Assembly (NCBI RefSeq): GCF_001194135.2
Contig: NC_068984.1
Coordinates: 8,101,206-8,165,205, forward strand
Length of the DNA stretch: 64,000 nucleotides
Direction: 5' to 3'
Source: Octopus bimaculoides
Lineage: Eukaryota
Part shown: positions 50,917-64,000 of the stretch, one piece after another
Layout: the number at the start of each line of letters is the position of its first letter
Numbering within the stretch: the first letter of the stretch is position 1
The notes under the pieces: model-generated
The model's input: the letters and a program-made list of their open reading frames with translations, nothing else
What the model was told of the DNA's origin: nothing
Database searches by the model: none
Translations under genes and position numbers: made by a program

Positions 50917-52754
50917 AATTTATTCACTAAGTTCCAGTGAAACATAAAGACATCTGCTCCGTACAAAAACAAAACTGATGAGAATATTAGTTTTAACGTA
51001 TTTAGTGGAATGGGTTATTATCATTCTTTATTAAGTTTACGACTGTCATGGTCAGTTTTGGTCTTAATAGGCGGAGAGGATCATGGTGATACGTTCCTTA
51101 AAAATATATTTGGATATATAACATTTTAAATATAGGATATAGGACTGAGTCTTACTTATATCTTCCCTGTAGGTTGACAAACGTTGGTGTTTCGGCATTA
51201 TTAAGGCCTCCTAGGTGATGTGTTTGTGTTTTCGTTACCAATTTTAGCAAATGAAGATGATTTGCGAGTCACAAAATAATTTAATTAATATGCAATGATA
51301 ATTGAATTGATATGCGTGATAAGTTTTAAAATAAGTACAAGGAGAAAATATCTAGAAATACACACTACATAGCAGCAAAATGCAATGAGCTTAGCTCATT
51401 AACATCAGCATGCTAACAGCTATATCACCATGTCCTGTTCAACAGCAGTTATTCAATAAAGCAAAATTGATCCAAGAAAACTCAGGTTCAAATTCATTGC
51501 ATCATTGAGAAGCATTCTGATTGCTTTAGCATGTTTCCACTGGATTCAATATTGTTCGGTTTAGTGTAGTTAGATAGTTACTATTATCCAAAAATGAATT
51601 GTATGATACCAATCGGCGATCTGTACAATGGAATGTACAATAGCAAAGCATGCTTGTATAATTCCAGTGAGAGAATGTTGTAAGCGCTCAAATGGTGCAT
51701 CATTTCATTGTCCAAAAAAAGGAAGAAACATAAAAGCGACTCCAGCGGTATTTGAACTCAGAGCGTAAAGACCCACAACGAATGGTGTTTAGCAAATTGG
51801 CTGACATGCTGATGATTCTAGCAGCCTTTCCCACAAACAGCTATTACAACACAAATATCTTTCAATGAAAACCTAGAATCATTGTTATCTTTGTAAGTGT
51901 TTTCTGGACAAAATGTCTGTCATGTATATTACCATATTTTATGACCACCTTACAAGAACATAAATTCACAATTTTCAACATATACCACGTATAGGTACTC
52001 TACTACATCTCTCCACGAAAGAAATCAACATTCTCATCTGTTTTCTTTTCTGTTGATCATCCATATATTTTACACACATCACTTGATGTAGCTCTTACTT
52101 TTTTCTTCCCCATACATTCTGAGATTATGTATTGTTGCTCTTGACAGCCTATTGTATTTTCTGTCAGTGGTAATATCCAATTTCTTGAATTAAGTGGAGA
52201 TTCTCCTTTTCAAATCGAATATATCGAAGTTCTGTGTGTCTAATGACATTCACCGGCTTTCAGAAAATATCCTATCAATTCCACAAATGACCTATCACGA
52301 CAGTAAATCCACAGATATGATAATCTTCGTATTTTTGTTTCTCACGAAGCTAAAATCCCTTTTACGAGTGGATAGATTAAATGAATGCGATTATTTTTAA
52401 ATATTTGTATTCACTGGTCGCCTGAAAAAAAACATCAGGTGATCTATATTCTGATCATGTGACTATGGATACCAAATAAAATCCACAAATTTCATATCAG
52501 GAAAGAAGTGACGGAATATATTTTTGCATATATGTATCTATGTGTGAGTGTGTGAGTGTGTGAGTGTGTGTATATATATATATGTGTGTGTACGTGTGTG
52601 TTTGTGTATGTGTGCGTGTGTGTGTATGTGTGTGTGCTTATGTGTGCGTGCGTGCGTGCGTGCGTGTGTGTGTGCATGCATGTGTGTGCCTGTGTTGTGG
52701 GGGTCGTGTGTTAGAAGTTTTTCTTTTCCAATAGTCTAATCTGTTGCGTGTATA

Positions 52755-52826
<72 letters not shown>

Positions 52827-53332
52827 TTAATGATAATAAATATGGTTGTGGAACAGACAATTGGTTAGCTTCAAGCATAGACAAACGCAGATAAAATAAA
52901 AATAGAGAATAATCAATCAATAAAATATATCAATCAATGTATCCAATATATTTTGTCTCATACCGAATTAGAGAGAAATTCCTATTAATCTAATCATCAT
53001 TATACATTACTGTAAGTAAACTTGCTAATTATACGATAAGTCAGTAGGTGAAGGGAATGGAATAAGTACTAGACATGTTTCAAACGACTCACCGAACGCA
53101 TTTTATGTAACATTGAGATATGACAGCGGTCTTTTAAGCTCCAACTAGAAGAATGCTCGAAGCAAACCGATACTGAACATGTAGCACCTTAATGTTACAC
53201 AATGCGTGCGTTCGGTGAGTCATTTTGTAACATGTATGTGTGTATGTATGTATGTGTGTATGTATGTATGTATGTATGTATGTATGTATGCATGTATGAA
53301 TAAAGTTCATAGGGCACACCACCCAAGCCTGG

Positions 53333-54457
53333 TTACTTGTCTCCCGCGCATCCTGCCATCGCATCCCGTATGTCCGCGGTTGTGATGGGTCCTTCACAAC
53401 ACTCCGCGTCTCTTACTGAGAGTCGTAGCAGGCCATGCCAGTAGGCACTAAAGTCCACTCTGCGTTCTGACCCACCAGTTGTCCCGAACAGTAGGGCAAA
53501 ATGTTGAAAGGCCTCACACATCCTTTCAGGCTCGAGTAATTCGCGCCCCTGTTCATCTGTCAGGGCCTTACTGTACCTAACTGATTTTGCTTTAATTGCT
53601 TTCTTTAGGGCATACCGCCATCTGTTTTTGAGGATGGCACCCGTTAGTGCTCTCTTAACTAATGTGCTAATCCGGTCCCTGTAAGCCTGGCGTGCCGTGA
53701 ACGAGGCGTTCAACTTCCAGTAACAGGGATTCTGCTTATGTGCCTTGTTTAAGTTAAGTGTACAAGTCACACATTTGTAGTCTGTGTAGCTGACTATATG
53801 GAATTGTGGACAACCTACACTATGCTTATCCACTGTCCTACCGAATACTCTATCTAAATACGATCTGGACGACCCGATGCGGTTGCTCCATGTCCACATT
53901 GGCACATTCGGGTTGTCCATTCGGAACCTGTCAGACAATTGGAAACGTTTGAGCAGGTCTTTGAGGCATTTGCTTCCCCTTCTATTACCATCTCTGCACA
54001 CGTAGTCTAGACGCTTGTCCAGGGTAGCGTTCCAATCCCCCACTAACATTAAAGGTCGAGACGTTCCCAGGGAAACCTCTAGACGTCGAAAGAAATCTGG
54101 CCGGCCTGTTAAGGACGGCGCACAGACTGTTATCAGGCAAAAAGCACACCCATTGCTGCCATCGACATCCAAGACGACCAGCCTACCTTCAGGGTCTAGG
54201 AAAATTGCTCTTACTTTGAGGTCCAGACTCTTCCGAAGAAGTACCGCGGTGCCTCCTCCACCCATTCTCGGCAGACACGGAGAAAAACAAATGTCGAAAT
54301 GTCCGCCGAACATGTGCTGGAGTGCCCGCGAGCTGTGGAGTCTGGTCTCGCTGAAGGATATGATATTCAGATTTTGAGACTTGATGTCGTTTAACATGTA
54401 GCCTTGTTTCCAAGGCGCCCCCAAGCCACGTACATTTATACTGCCTATTTTGAGCAT
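53333..54457 (-). CDS. Tx1 ORF2 N-terminus, APE-type endonuclease (374 aa open)
   Basis: SINVRG, SETR, GGGT, VCAP, LVGDWNA, SDRFR, WTWSN, SYLDRV, TDY (SDH position), YWKLNAS, EGPIT. Confidence 0.9.
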   Translation of the reverse strand: MLKIGSINVRGLGAPWKQGYMLNDIKSQNLNIISFSETRLHSSRALQHMFGGHFDICFSPCLPRMGGGGTAVLLRKSLDLKVRAIFLDPEGRLVVLDVDGSNGCAFCLITVCAPSLTGRPDFFRRLEVSLGTSRPLMLVGDWNATLDKRLDYVCRDGNRRGSKCLKDLLKRFQLSDRFRMDNPNVPMWTWSNRIGSSRSYLDRVFGRTVDKHSVGCPQFHIVSYTDYKCVTCTLNLNKAHKQNPCYWKLNASFTARQAYRDRISTLVKRALTGAILKNRWRYALKKAIKAKSVRYSKALTDEQGRELLEPERMCEAFQHFALLFGTTGGSERRVDFSAYWHGLLRLSVRDAECCEGPITTADIRDAMAGCAGDK

Positions 54458-54498
54458 ATTCCTATCGAAAGTTGTGTTTTACACACGAAAGGAAGACG

Positions 54499-54565
<67 letters not shown>

Positions 54566-55438
54566 CTTATTGTCCGAAATTTCTTTGTTCTTCACCTCAC
54601 ATTCTTCTCCCAGAAGGTTTCTGTATAGTTTTTAGACAGCTATTTTTGAAATCTCCCAACTGCATCAGGGTAGAGAGATTTCAGGGTGCTGCGTGTGTTC
54701 TGTGTTATGTGTACGTTTTTAATGTGTTGTGGTGGTGTTTTGCGAAGATGATTCTTTGTTTTGGTATCATTTTCTGTCATGCTGGTGTTTAACCTAATGT
54801 ATTCCATTAGGTCTGGATTGTTGGTGTTTATGGCTGTCAACATTGTTGAGGGGTTTTGTGTTAGTGTGTTTGTGTTGATGCTTTTGTTTTCTGCAGGTAT
54901 TTTGGTTTCGGGAGTGGTAAACCTCCCTGCTTTGTTTGTCTACTTTTCTATTCTTTTTCCCCCCCTTTCCTCCTTCCCCCTGCGACCACTTGACAATCCT
55001 CTCTGTCGTCTTCTTCCGACGACATGTCGGAAGAATCAGAAGGTGGGAGGGGAAGGGTATTGGGGTTTATTTCTGAGTGTGTTGACTTTGTTGTTGGTGT
55101 TGGTGCCGGTTGGTGTCAGTTAGGGTATGGTGTATGGGTTTTGTGGTGTGAGGTGTCTTTTTGGTCTTCCCTTCCTCCTTTGAAGTTGTTGTTGTTGTTA
55201 GTGATGGTGGTGGTGATGGTGTTTCTGTTCTTGGTGGCACTGGTGTTGTTGTTTGGTTGGGCTCACTTATTGGTTGTTGATGTTCCTTCATTCTCTTGTA
55301 GAGCTGTTTAATTAGTTGTGCATATGGTGGTGTGAGTAGCTGTGCTGGTTTTTTGCTCGGTTTTTGGTTTTTTTGTGGTTGTTGTTGTTGTTTTTTGTGA
55401 TCTTGATGTTGTCGTTGTTGTTGCTGTTGTTGTTGCTG

Positions 55439-55729
55439 TTATATTTTCTGTGCTAGAGGGCAATTGATTCGTAAGTGTGCCTTGTTACCACAAACGTAGC
55501 AACGTGGCTTTCTGCCTTCGACGGCCACATGTTCATTCGAATCCTCTCTCAAATGGATTCGATGTAGAATTTTTTCGAAAATCATCGGATCAATTTGAAC
55601 AAGAATTTCGATTTCTTGGCTAATCCAGTTTTGCTGGTCCAGGACAGCGATTTCCAAGATACGGATTTCGTCCTCGATGTCATAGCAAATGGCAGACACG
55701 AGCCATTTTATTTCTATTTTAGGAGGCAC
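55439..55729 (-). pseudogene. Tx1 ORF1 fragment with CX2CX4HX4C zinc knuckle
   Basis: VAVEGRKPRCYVCGNKAHLRINCP. Frameshifted relative to the upstream ORF1 pieces. Confidence 0.85.
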
Positions 55730-56571
55730 TTTCTTTATTTTTAGTTTTGTGACCCTACGACTAAGGTATGTAGGGATCGTCAGTAAATTTTCAAATTGGA
55801 AGGATTTTGTGGAGAGGTCCTTGGCTCTTCACTGTCGAATCCAACTTCGATCGTGGCAAATCTGTTTCCCCTCGTGATGTAGTCTTTAAAGTCCCATATG
55901 GTCCTTAAAGATTTTTTCTACATTTTCTTGAGTGGCCTTTTCGTGTAGATTTGTTTCTAGGTTGAGTGTCCTGTAAATAGTTGTTGGTTTTTTTTGCCAT
56001 TTTTTCCGTGATGTTTTGTGGTGTCTGTAGTTGTATGCTGAGGTCGTCTTTTTCAAACATCGCTGTACAAGCAAACAGTTCTTCGTTGGAGAATTTTTTT
56101 CGTTAGCTTTAAAGCTGCGGCAAAATTGTTTTCAGCATTCGTGTTGGTTGTGGTGGTGATGGTGGTAGCAGTGGTGAAGGTTGTGTTATAGTAGTAAATG
56201 TGTTCGCTCCCTTGTACGTATTTTCTAAAGCCTGTGTGCGTTCATGCGGAACGGCTTTGGTGTCAGCATCCCTCGCCTCTGACTTTGCTAAAGGCGAGAA
56301 GTTGGCTTCATGGTTTGGCTTAGCCATTTTTGATGTGAAATATGGCAAGGAACCCGAAGAAAATATTTTAAAGTTTTAGAAATGGTCTCCAAATGGAGTC
56401 ATTTCCTATTTAAAGATTTATTGGGGTTGAAGTAGATGGTCTTAGACAACACTTTCACAAAAAGATATTTGACAGATAAAATGTTTTTCCATACAAAAAA
56501 GCCAACTTACTTGAAGCCGATTTTTCTACCGTCCATTCACAGCGAGAGATAGATACATACATAGATGGATT

Positions 56572-56616
<45 letters not shown>

Positions 56617-56945
56617 ATAAATACATACATACATACATACATACATACATACATACATACATACATAGATAAGTTTCTTTGTGCGTGTGTGTTCTAGGCG
56701 GACAGACAGATAGATAGATAGAAAGAGAGGTAGACAAGATTGGTGGACAGATAAATATAAACAGACACACACTGTCCCTCTCTCACTTTGTCTCCCTTTC
56801 TTTTCTCTCTCTCTCTCTCCCTCTCTCTCTCCTCACTCTTACTTATACACAAGCACACTCGTACGTACAAATAATTATACTCATGCTCAAGATATACACG
56901 CATATATGTTTGCATGTATACATACATGCATACATAAAAATATCA

Positions 56946-57006
56946 ACCTACCTACCTACCTACCTACCTACCTACCTACCTACCTACCTACCTACCTACC
57001 TACCTA
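56946..57006. repeat. (CCTA)n microsatellite
   Basis: Seen directly. Confidence 0.97.
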
Positions 57007-58288
57007 CCGACCTCCTACCTGCTTATCTACATGCATGCATACATTCATACATGCATATCGACTGACAGACAAACAGACATATATACATATGTATGTGCGT
57101 ATGTAAATTTGTATGCATGAGTCTACGACCATTGTGTTTATCAATCATTTGTCTTTGTGCATGCATTTATTTATCTATCTTCTTATTTTTCTCTATCTAT
57201 ATATATATACACGTTTTTATGCATGTATGTCCATGTGCGTATGTAAGCATGTGTGTATATGCATGTGGGGGTCGTTGGTGGATTTAACAACCTTCTCCAT
57301 TTTTTAAATTTTTATTCTGAAATTTTAGAGAAGCATTTTCTTAAAATGTCTAAAAATGTAAATCTTTCTAGCCCCGGTCGTTGAGATTCCGATTTGTAAA
57401 ACAACATAAAACAAGACATCAATCTATTCGTTGAATATGTAAGCTGGATTATAGGCACATTGCGTTGCTACTGTTTGTTTTTGATGATACATTTATGTTT
57501 ATATTAACAAGTCAAAAAAAGAAAATCCCTTCCAATTCAGCTGCAGGAATTACTTTGGAAAATTTAATTTAAACAGAAACAATTTGAGAAAAAATATGTT
57601 TGGTCATTCATATCACGTTCATCTCTACCCTAAACAAGGTCTCCCGTCATTACTGCAATCTTATATTAAGAATAGATTTAGAAGTAAGTTTCTGAAGTAA
57701 ATGTTTGTTGTATTTTTATCGACGAACAATATACAATATACAATATATCTTAAACGCGTATCTAAGAAATATCTAGTATTAAATACAAGCATACCACTAT
57801 TCTAACTTTAGAATGTGTAGTTTTATAAGCAAGGTTACTCCTTGTTAAAAGAAAGATAAATGATATGTAGGGAATTAAAATGAAGAATATAATTGCTAAC
57901 TGGAGATTGCTTTGTATTAAGCATTTGATATTAGAGAAAACATTTATGGAACATACAGCAATACTTAATGACAAAATTCTCCATGGAATTAAATATTTAC
58001 CATTCTTACGCTAGTTTAATAAGCCGTCTTTACAGGAAATGTATATGAAAGAGAAAACAGGACTGCAATATGATTTCTAATGTGATAGGGATTCCATTTT
58101 TCCGTGGCCGAGGAACCGGCGAGACTTAGTTAACTATAACGCAGTATTTGAATGAAGAAACTTCGCTCTGCCAAAGTATGCGATAGTGAAGAGATATGCT
58201 CAAATAGAATTGAGGATAAAGATTTAAATGCCTGGTACAGAATATTAACACACGATGTAGATAACTGGGTGTGTATATGTACACACAC

Positions 58289-58350
<62 letters not shown>

Positions 58351-61300
58351 GTATACATATATATATATATATATACATATATAGATACATATATATATAT
58401 ATATATATANNNNNNNNNNNNNNNNNNNNNNNNNNNNNNNNNNNNNNNNNNNNNNNNNNNNNNNNNNNNNNNNNNNNNNNNNNNNNNNNNNNNNNNNNNN
58501 NNNNNNNNNNNNNNNNNNNNNNNNNNNNNNNNNNNNNNNNNNNNNNNNNNNNNNNNATATATATGCATGTATATATATATATGTATCTATATACATATAT
58601 ATATATTGGTTATAACCAAGTAATTTAAGTTCCTTTTATGTAAGAGAAATTCACAATTTTAATAATCTTGTATATTTGTATATATGTAAATATTGATTAA
58701 TTTTGATTAAATACTAAATTTCAATAATTGTAGAGAATACGGAAAAAATGTCTTTGTGATATTCATGCCTTCCCCGGTCTGTTCATTGGCCCAGATAAAG
58801 TAATATCTACATGAACAGAAATACGGTTAACTGACAGAATCGTTAGCACGTGGGTCAACACTCTTGGCGGCGTTTCATCCGAATCTGTAAGTCCTGATTT
58901 CAAATGTAACAGAGGTCAACTTTGCCTTTAAAATGAAGTGCCCATCAAATACTTGGGTCAATGTAATCGACTCGTCTCTGCCCCGAATATTGTTGACCTT
59001 CAACTCTGAAACGAGTTGGCGTGCTGTTCAGCGGACTTTTGTAATTTCTGTAACTTATACGCCATAGAAATCGGGTAACCAGCTTTATGAATGCCATGTC
59101 TAAAAGAAAATGCAATAAAAATACAATGAGTGGGGAACCGGAGGGCTAACATTAGTGATTACTTTTCCATAGACATAGAGAAAAAATATATCAAAAATGG
59201 GCAAAAAAGAGGAACTAGCAATCTAGCATTGATACCTTTCAGAACAATCCATTGGTGTATGCAAAGAGAAATGGTTTGGACGGTGGACTGAAAGTGCTTC
59301 CATGTCTCAGCATATTATGAATTACTACGTGTTGTCACTAGGGTGAATTATATTCACTGCAAATTTAATTTTAAATTACATTTTACTTCTGGCTTTATAT
59401 TATTGTACATTGGCATTGCATTGAGTGAGAATTAAATGTAAAAACATATACTGTAACTCGAGAATAGAGTAGAACTCTTTTCTCGACTGCATGCGTTATT
59501 TTAGCCAACGATATTTACATAGCAACATAAGATAGTCGGATAACAAACCAATCGGATGGCATTTCACATAATGCCAAAAAAAATATCTTGCCTTCCCCAA
59601 TAAAACACGAGCAATGTGGAGGCCATTGTTGAAATCAAAAATCCGGTATTTAAACAAGGTATTCCTGATGCTATGTAATATATCAAATATATTCAACAAT
59701 CATATTTTCTTTACGAGTTGAATGAAACACGCAACGTAAGACTGGGATTTGAACAGCTAAATTTTGTAATCAATAATCGATACTTTTGCTATCATGAAGC
59801 AACAACTTACCAAAAGTTTTCTAGAAGATGTATCTACTGAAAAATTACACCAAATAATTTTGAGCATAAATGCAGCATTCCGCAAGAAGTATCAGAAGTA
59901 AAACACTCAGGAGGACAAAGTTTTTCCAATAAAAACAAATCTATATTTATAAAAAGCAGATTTGTAACCGATAGACAGTGTTTTGTTCTATTTTTAAAAT
60001 AGGTTTGAAATCCCAAACTGCCGTGGCAAATGAACAATCTCCCAAAGCAACAGGACTGCAGTTGATGTTATGCTAAACAATATCTTCTTAACAAATACGC
60101 ACACACTCACACACATTCATTCACTCACACACACACGCAGACATACATACATACATACATACATACATACATACATACATACATACATACATAGACGCTC
60201 ACACGCGTACATAATATCATAATATTTCTCATTCAGTTTCTATCTTTTATTTTCCAGATACATATAGTGTGTTACTTTGTCTGCACCAGAATTCCATCTT
60301 CGATCATGATATCTGCGCATGCTCAAACCCCGTTCACCAGCATATTAATATAAGTTTAACAGAATGGTAGAAATAATCATCAATAATACATTTCCGAAAT
60401 CACAAACTCATATCGATTTACAATATTTACTTCTAGTTCGTATTTCAGCTTCGATTCAATGCAATAATACCAGTAATTCACCCAGTTCGACACAGTCGGT
60501 CATATTGTTTCATTGAGAAAGAATAGTAGACGATGGACGACGACCAGCGTTCAATAGTTTCCAGTTATCTTTGCGGATGATATTTATGATGTTGTGCCAA
60601 GGAACTGTTTAGGCTCTTCTGAATAGTCAGAACAGAAGTGTCGTGATTCCATCGATTGTGAAACTCATTTTGGAATCGAATCTTTTGTAATAAAATAAAG
60701 CATGGCTATATTTTAACACTGAACTTCACAGCCCACTCATCCCATCACACAATCACACACACACACACACACACATACTAGTACACCTACGCAGAGAAGC
60801 ACATACACACGTATACATCGAAAAAGAGAAAGAGAGNNNNNNNNNNNNNNNNNNNNNNNNNNNNNNNNNNNNNNNNNNNNNNNNNNNNNNNNNNNNNNNN
60901 NNNNNNNNNNNNNNNNNNNNNNNNNNNNNNNNNNNNNNNNNNNNNNNNNNNNNNNNNNNNNNNNNNNNNNNNNNNNNNNNNNNNNNNNNNNNNNNNNNNN
61001 NNNNNNNNNNNNNNNNNNNNNNNNNNNNNNNNNNNNNNNNNNNNNNNNNNNNNNNNNNNNNNNNNNNNNNNNNNNNNNNNNNNNNNNNNNNNNNNNNNNN
61101 NNNNNNNNNNNNNNNNNNNNNNNNNNNNNNNNNNNNNNNNNNNNNNNNNNNNNNNNNNNNNNNNNNNNNNNNNNNNNNNNNNNNNNNNNNNNNNNATATA
61201 TATATATATATATATACGCACACGAATATTTAGTCGTGTGTGTATGTGTGTAAAAGGTACAATTTTATTTCGTATGCAAAAGGATTACGGTTTGATTTTA

Positions 61301-61841
61301 TATTGCTCGGTATAATCAGGCAAACAAGAAATATAGGAATTTAAAACGAAAATCTATAATCGTACTTTTGTAATACTTCCAGGCTCAAAGGGGATTTTAG
61401 TGTTGCAAGATAAAACAAAGATTAGCAAATCTATATTTGTACCCTATCGCTGAAATTCCATCATAAAAAAAAATGTTTCTACTTTTTTTTTTCTTCGATT
61501 TCTGCACTATTTACTTCATCTATATTTTCTTCAATAATATAAAGAACGCGAAAAATATAGTTTTTAACTCCTTTCAAACCTCATATATTTACCTCTCGTT
61601 CAAATCTCATATTTTTGAATCGATAACAATCAATACATTTCTCTCTATAAGAGGAAGTATTCTAAAATAAACTTCTTTAATGCTGTCTAGTTTCGTTCAG
61701 CACTCTCTTATTTAAAGTCGTTCCTTTATTCCTCCAAAGCCTACTCCCGTATTAAGGTTGCAAAGGAATGTAATCTTTGGGGTTGAGTAAACCCAAACCT
61801 TTTGCAAATCGATTCTACATTTGTAACTATTTTAAACTCAC

Positions 61842-61981
61842 GTAATCATTAAAGGAATCCATTTCCCTCCATTGCATTTTGTTTCTCTCTAATTGCGAGG
61901 AGGTTTCAACGTACGACATCCATGTAGAGAGAGCTACGTGAATCCAATCTAGACACGGTTTTATATAAATCATTATGAAAG
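61842..61981 (-). CDS. Candidate internal host exon (140 nt), product unknown
   Basis: Acceptor cttttatttctgtacccag and donor TAC|gtgagt. One frame is open throughout: FIMIYIKPCLDWIHVALSTWMSYVETSSQLERNKMQWREMDSFNDY. Confidence 0.45.
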
Positions 61982-62659
61982 CTGGGTACAGAAATAAAAG
62001 ATGATTTTTAAAATTAGGACAGCTTATAGAAGATAACGTTTCTTTCAATATTATGTGTGTGGTTGTTCAGCAGACATACTAAAAATAATTTGAAGTATTA
62101 ACTCTTATTCATCATGCCTAAATATATGAATAAGAACGAACATAGCGATCAGAAGTGAACGTACACGTAATCACCATAGTGATCCTGATCATCGCGATCA
62201 TCACCATTATTTACAGTCCCTCTACCAACACCACCACCATGAACTTCATCATTATCATCGCCATCATCAGCATGATCGTCATCAAGATCACCAACACCAA
62301 TACAACCACCAACGCCGCCACCACCTTCCTCTCCTCTTCCTCCACCGCCTCCTTTTAATCTTCCTCATATCATCATTATCATCATCATCATCTTTTTCTT
62401 ATTCACAATTATATTCCAGATATATTTTAATAACATGAAGAATGGCAATAAAATTGCATTGAAAGCCAATGTCGGTATCTTTAAATTGTCTTCACAATTC
62501 AAAGAATATATTTTGGTTTAAATGGAACGATGGAATTAAAGAATATTATGATTTTCTATCTATTATGTATCAGCATCTAGGAATAACTAAAATCTTGCAA
62601 TTTTGGTTCATAAAAAGAAGGATATGTTTTGTTAGATCTTGCACGGATTGTGGAACTTG

Positions 62660-62990
62660 GTGGAATTGTTCGAGCATCAGGTAAAAATGCGTTACGTTGT
62701 ATTGTCTAATTTTCTGGTCGGAGTTCAAATTCAACTGTTAGCTCTCTGAGTTAGTCAGTGACAGTCGAAGTACCTTGCATTATTTCGTCTGACTCTTTAT
62801 GTTCTGACTTCAAATCCAACCGAGGTCTGCAGTATTAAGTAAAATGTGTTTCGTTAACTTAAGATTCTTTATGGTGTGAGTTCAAATCTCAGTAAGGTTC
62901 ACTTTCTGTTTCATCCTTCAAAAGTCGTCAAAATAAAGTACGAATCAAGTACTGGTGCTGATCGTAGCAATAAACCCCTTTCCTGAAAAA
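62660..62990 (+). mobile_element. Cluster of degenerate SINE family B heads
   Basis: Three GAGTTCAAAT/GACTTCAAAT B-box-like segments and a TTTCATCCTTC..GTCG..AAATAAAGTAC body. Confidence 0.6.
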
Positions 62991-63199
62991 TCATTGTTGT
63001 TGTACTTAAATAAAATACAAACAATTATTACGAACATTTAACGAATGGCGTTGGGCTAGAGGACAACAATCTTTTCAGTATTTAGTTACAACTCCTTACG
63101 TTCCTTGTGCTAGATGTTGATTTTACTTCACTTCGGGGTTTAGCAAAACAAAACTTACCTCTCAAGTGGTTCTGATAAAATAGACACGTCCTATGTGCC

Positions 63200-63690
63200 A
63201 CGCATTTAATGTACGCAGTATCTACTTTCGATAAGTTTCGTAAAAGCTCATTGATACCCTCAGTCAAATTGGCCTGAAAATCAAATCACTGTAATCTGTG
63301 CAAACTAGAAACTCTCCTATATACACAAACATTCCTGTCTCCTCCTATAGTGTTGAAAACCTGAGAAATAACATCAGTAATATTTATTTAATTGTTCCTC
63401 TTCAAAAGAAATATTTCATAAAGCAGACTCCTACTTTAACAGTGCCCTTCAGAGATAAGATATACAACAGTCCTTCAATTAACAGTTTTAAATCTAAAAA
63501 TATAAAGCTAAACGAAGACCTCGGAAAATAATATGGTCCACTAAACCCCTTTCTCCGTAAATGTTAAAGCTAACGTAGGCAAGAAATTTCTGGCTCTTTT
63601 AGATAAGCATTTCCCAATAAATCATAAATTTAGGAATATTTTTAATAGAGGTTCCAAAAAGATATCATGCAGATGATGCCCCCAGTATGG
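63200..63690 (+). mobile_element. Penelope-like element post-RT linker remnant
   Basis: [37 protein letters not shown] matches the PLE motif WFNPPFS.NV.TNIGK.FL.L.DKHFP..H.L.KIFNR. Confidence 0.8.
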
Positions 63691-64000
63691 AAAATATTAT
63701 CACTCGTGCGCCTCACCAAGTGCCATTCGCAATTGTAAATGGTGAGACCTTGAAGCTTACCCACTTGACAAGTCATGTATGATGACCTCTATCGTCTATG
63801 TGGTAGAAATCACCGTGTGCTGACAATTCGTCGACAGAAAATTCCATGAAAGTATTAAAAAAATATTTGGAAACCACATAGAGAAACGAATGGTAGATAC
63901 GAACCGTCCGCGCTACAAAACCGCGAATTAAAAAAAAATAGGGGCATGGGAATTAAAAATTTATCTGTAAGTTGTCTGTCGGTCAATTGTCTGTCGGCCA

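Larger units (their letters stand above)
53290..56400 (-). mobile_element. Tx1/L1-clade LINE retaining 5' region, ORF1 and endonuclease but lacking RT and 3' end
   Basis: ORF1 remnants start at ATG 56327 and include the gag-type knuckle CYVCGNKAHLRINC and a T/K/Q/P-rich tail. ORF2 starts at 54457. Confidence 0.92.

Noticed and set aside
59845-59940. Signal-peptide-like frame KNFVLLSVLLLILLAEC
   Set aside because: T-rich DNA readily gives hydrophobic peptides, and the donor site is weak.
60540-60620. PVIFADD, an RT-like motif
   Set aside because: Isolated word with no other RT motifs at the expected spacing.
63966-64000. 15-bp repeat CAATTGTCTGTCGG at the window edge
   Set aside because: Only two units are visible. 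It may start a subterminal transposon repeat but cannot be judged here.

Overview
AT-rich animal genomic DNA from a draft assembly, with about 5 kb of N in about 20 gaps, nearly all next to microsatellites. The SINE families and extreme microsatellite density suggest an octopus; this is pattern recognition, not a database result. I found no complete host gene, rRNA, tRNA gene, CRISPR array or prokaryotic feature. Most ORF-track entries are translations of microsatellites or N gaps. The window is dominated by decayed transposons: Penelope-like elements (PLEs), a full-length mariner, an R4/Dong-type element with an inverted 5' part inside an (AAT)n array, three Tx1/L1-clade pieces, CR1-group pieces and many copies of two tRNA-headed SINE families (called A and B here). 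The most notable signals are: (1) four or five minimal type-I hammerhead-ribozyme-like motifs, four of them about 100 nt from a (TA)n end; (2) a twin-priming-like inversion in the R4/Dong element; (3) two apparent SINE-LINE 3'-tail partnerships with conserved stem-loops; (4) a 92-bp locally templated insertion inside a SINE. A few candidate host exons are listed at low to moderate confidence. Ends of decayed elements are approximate.
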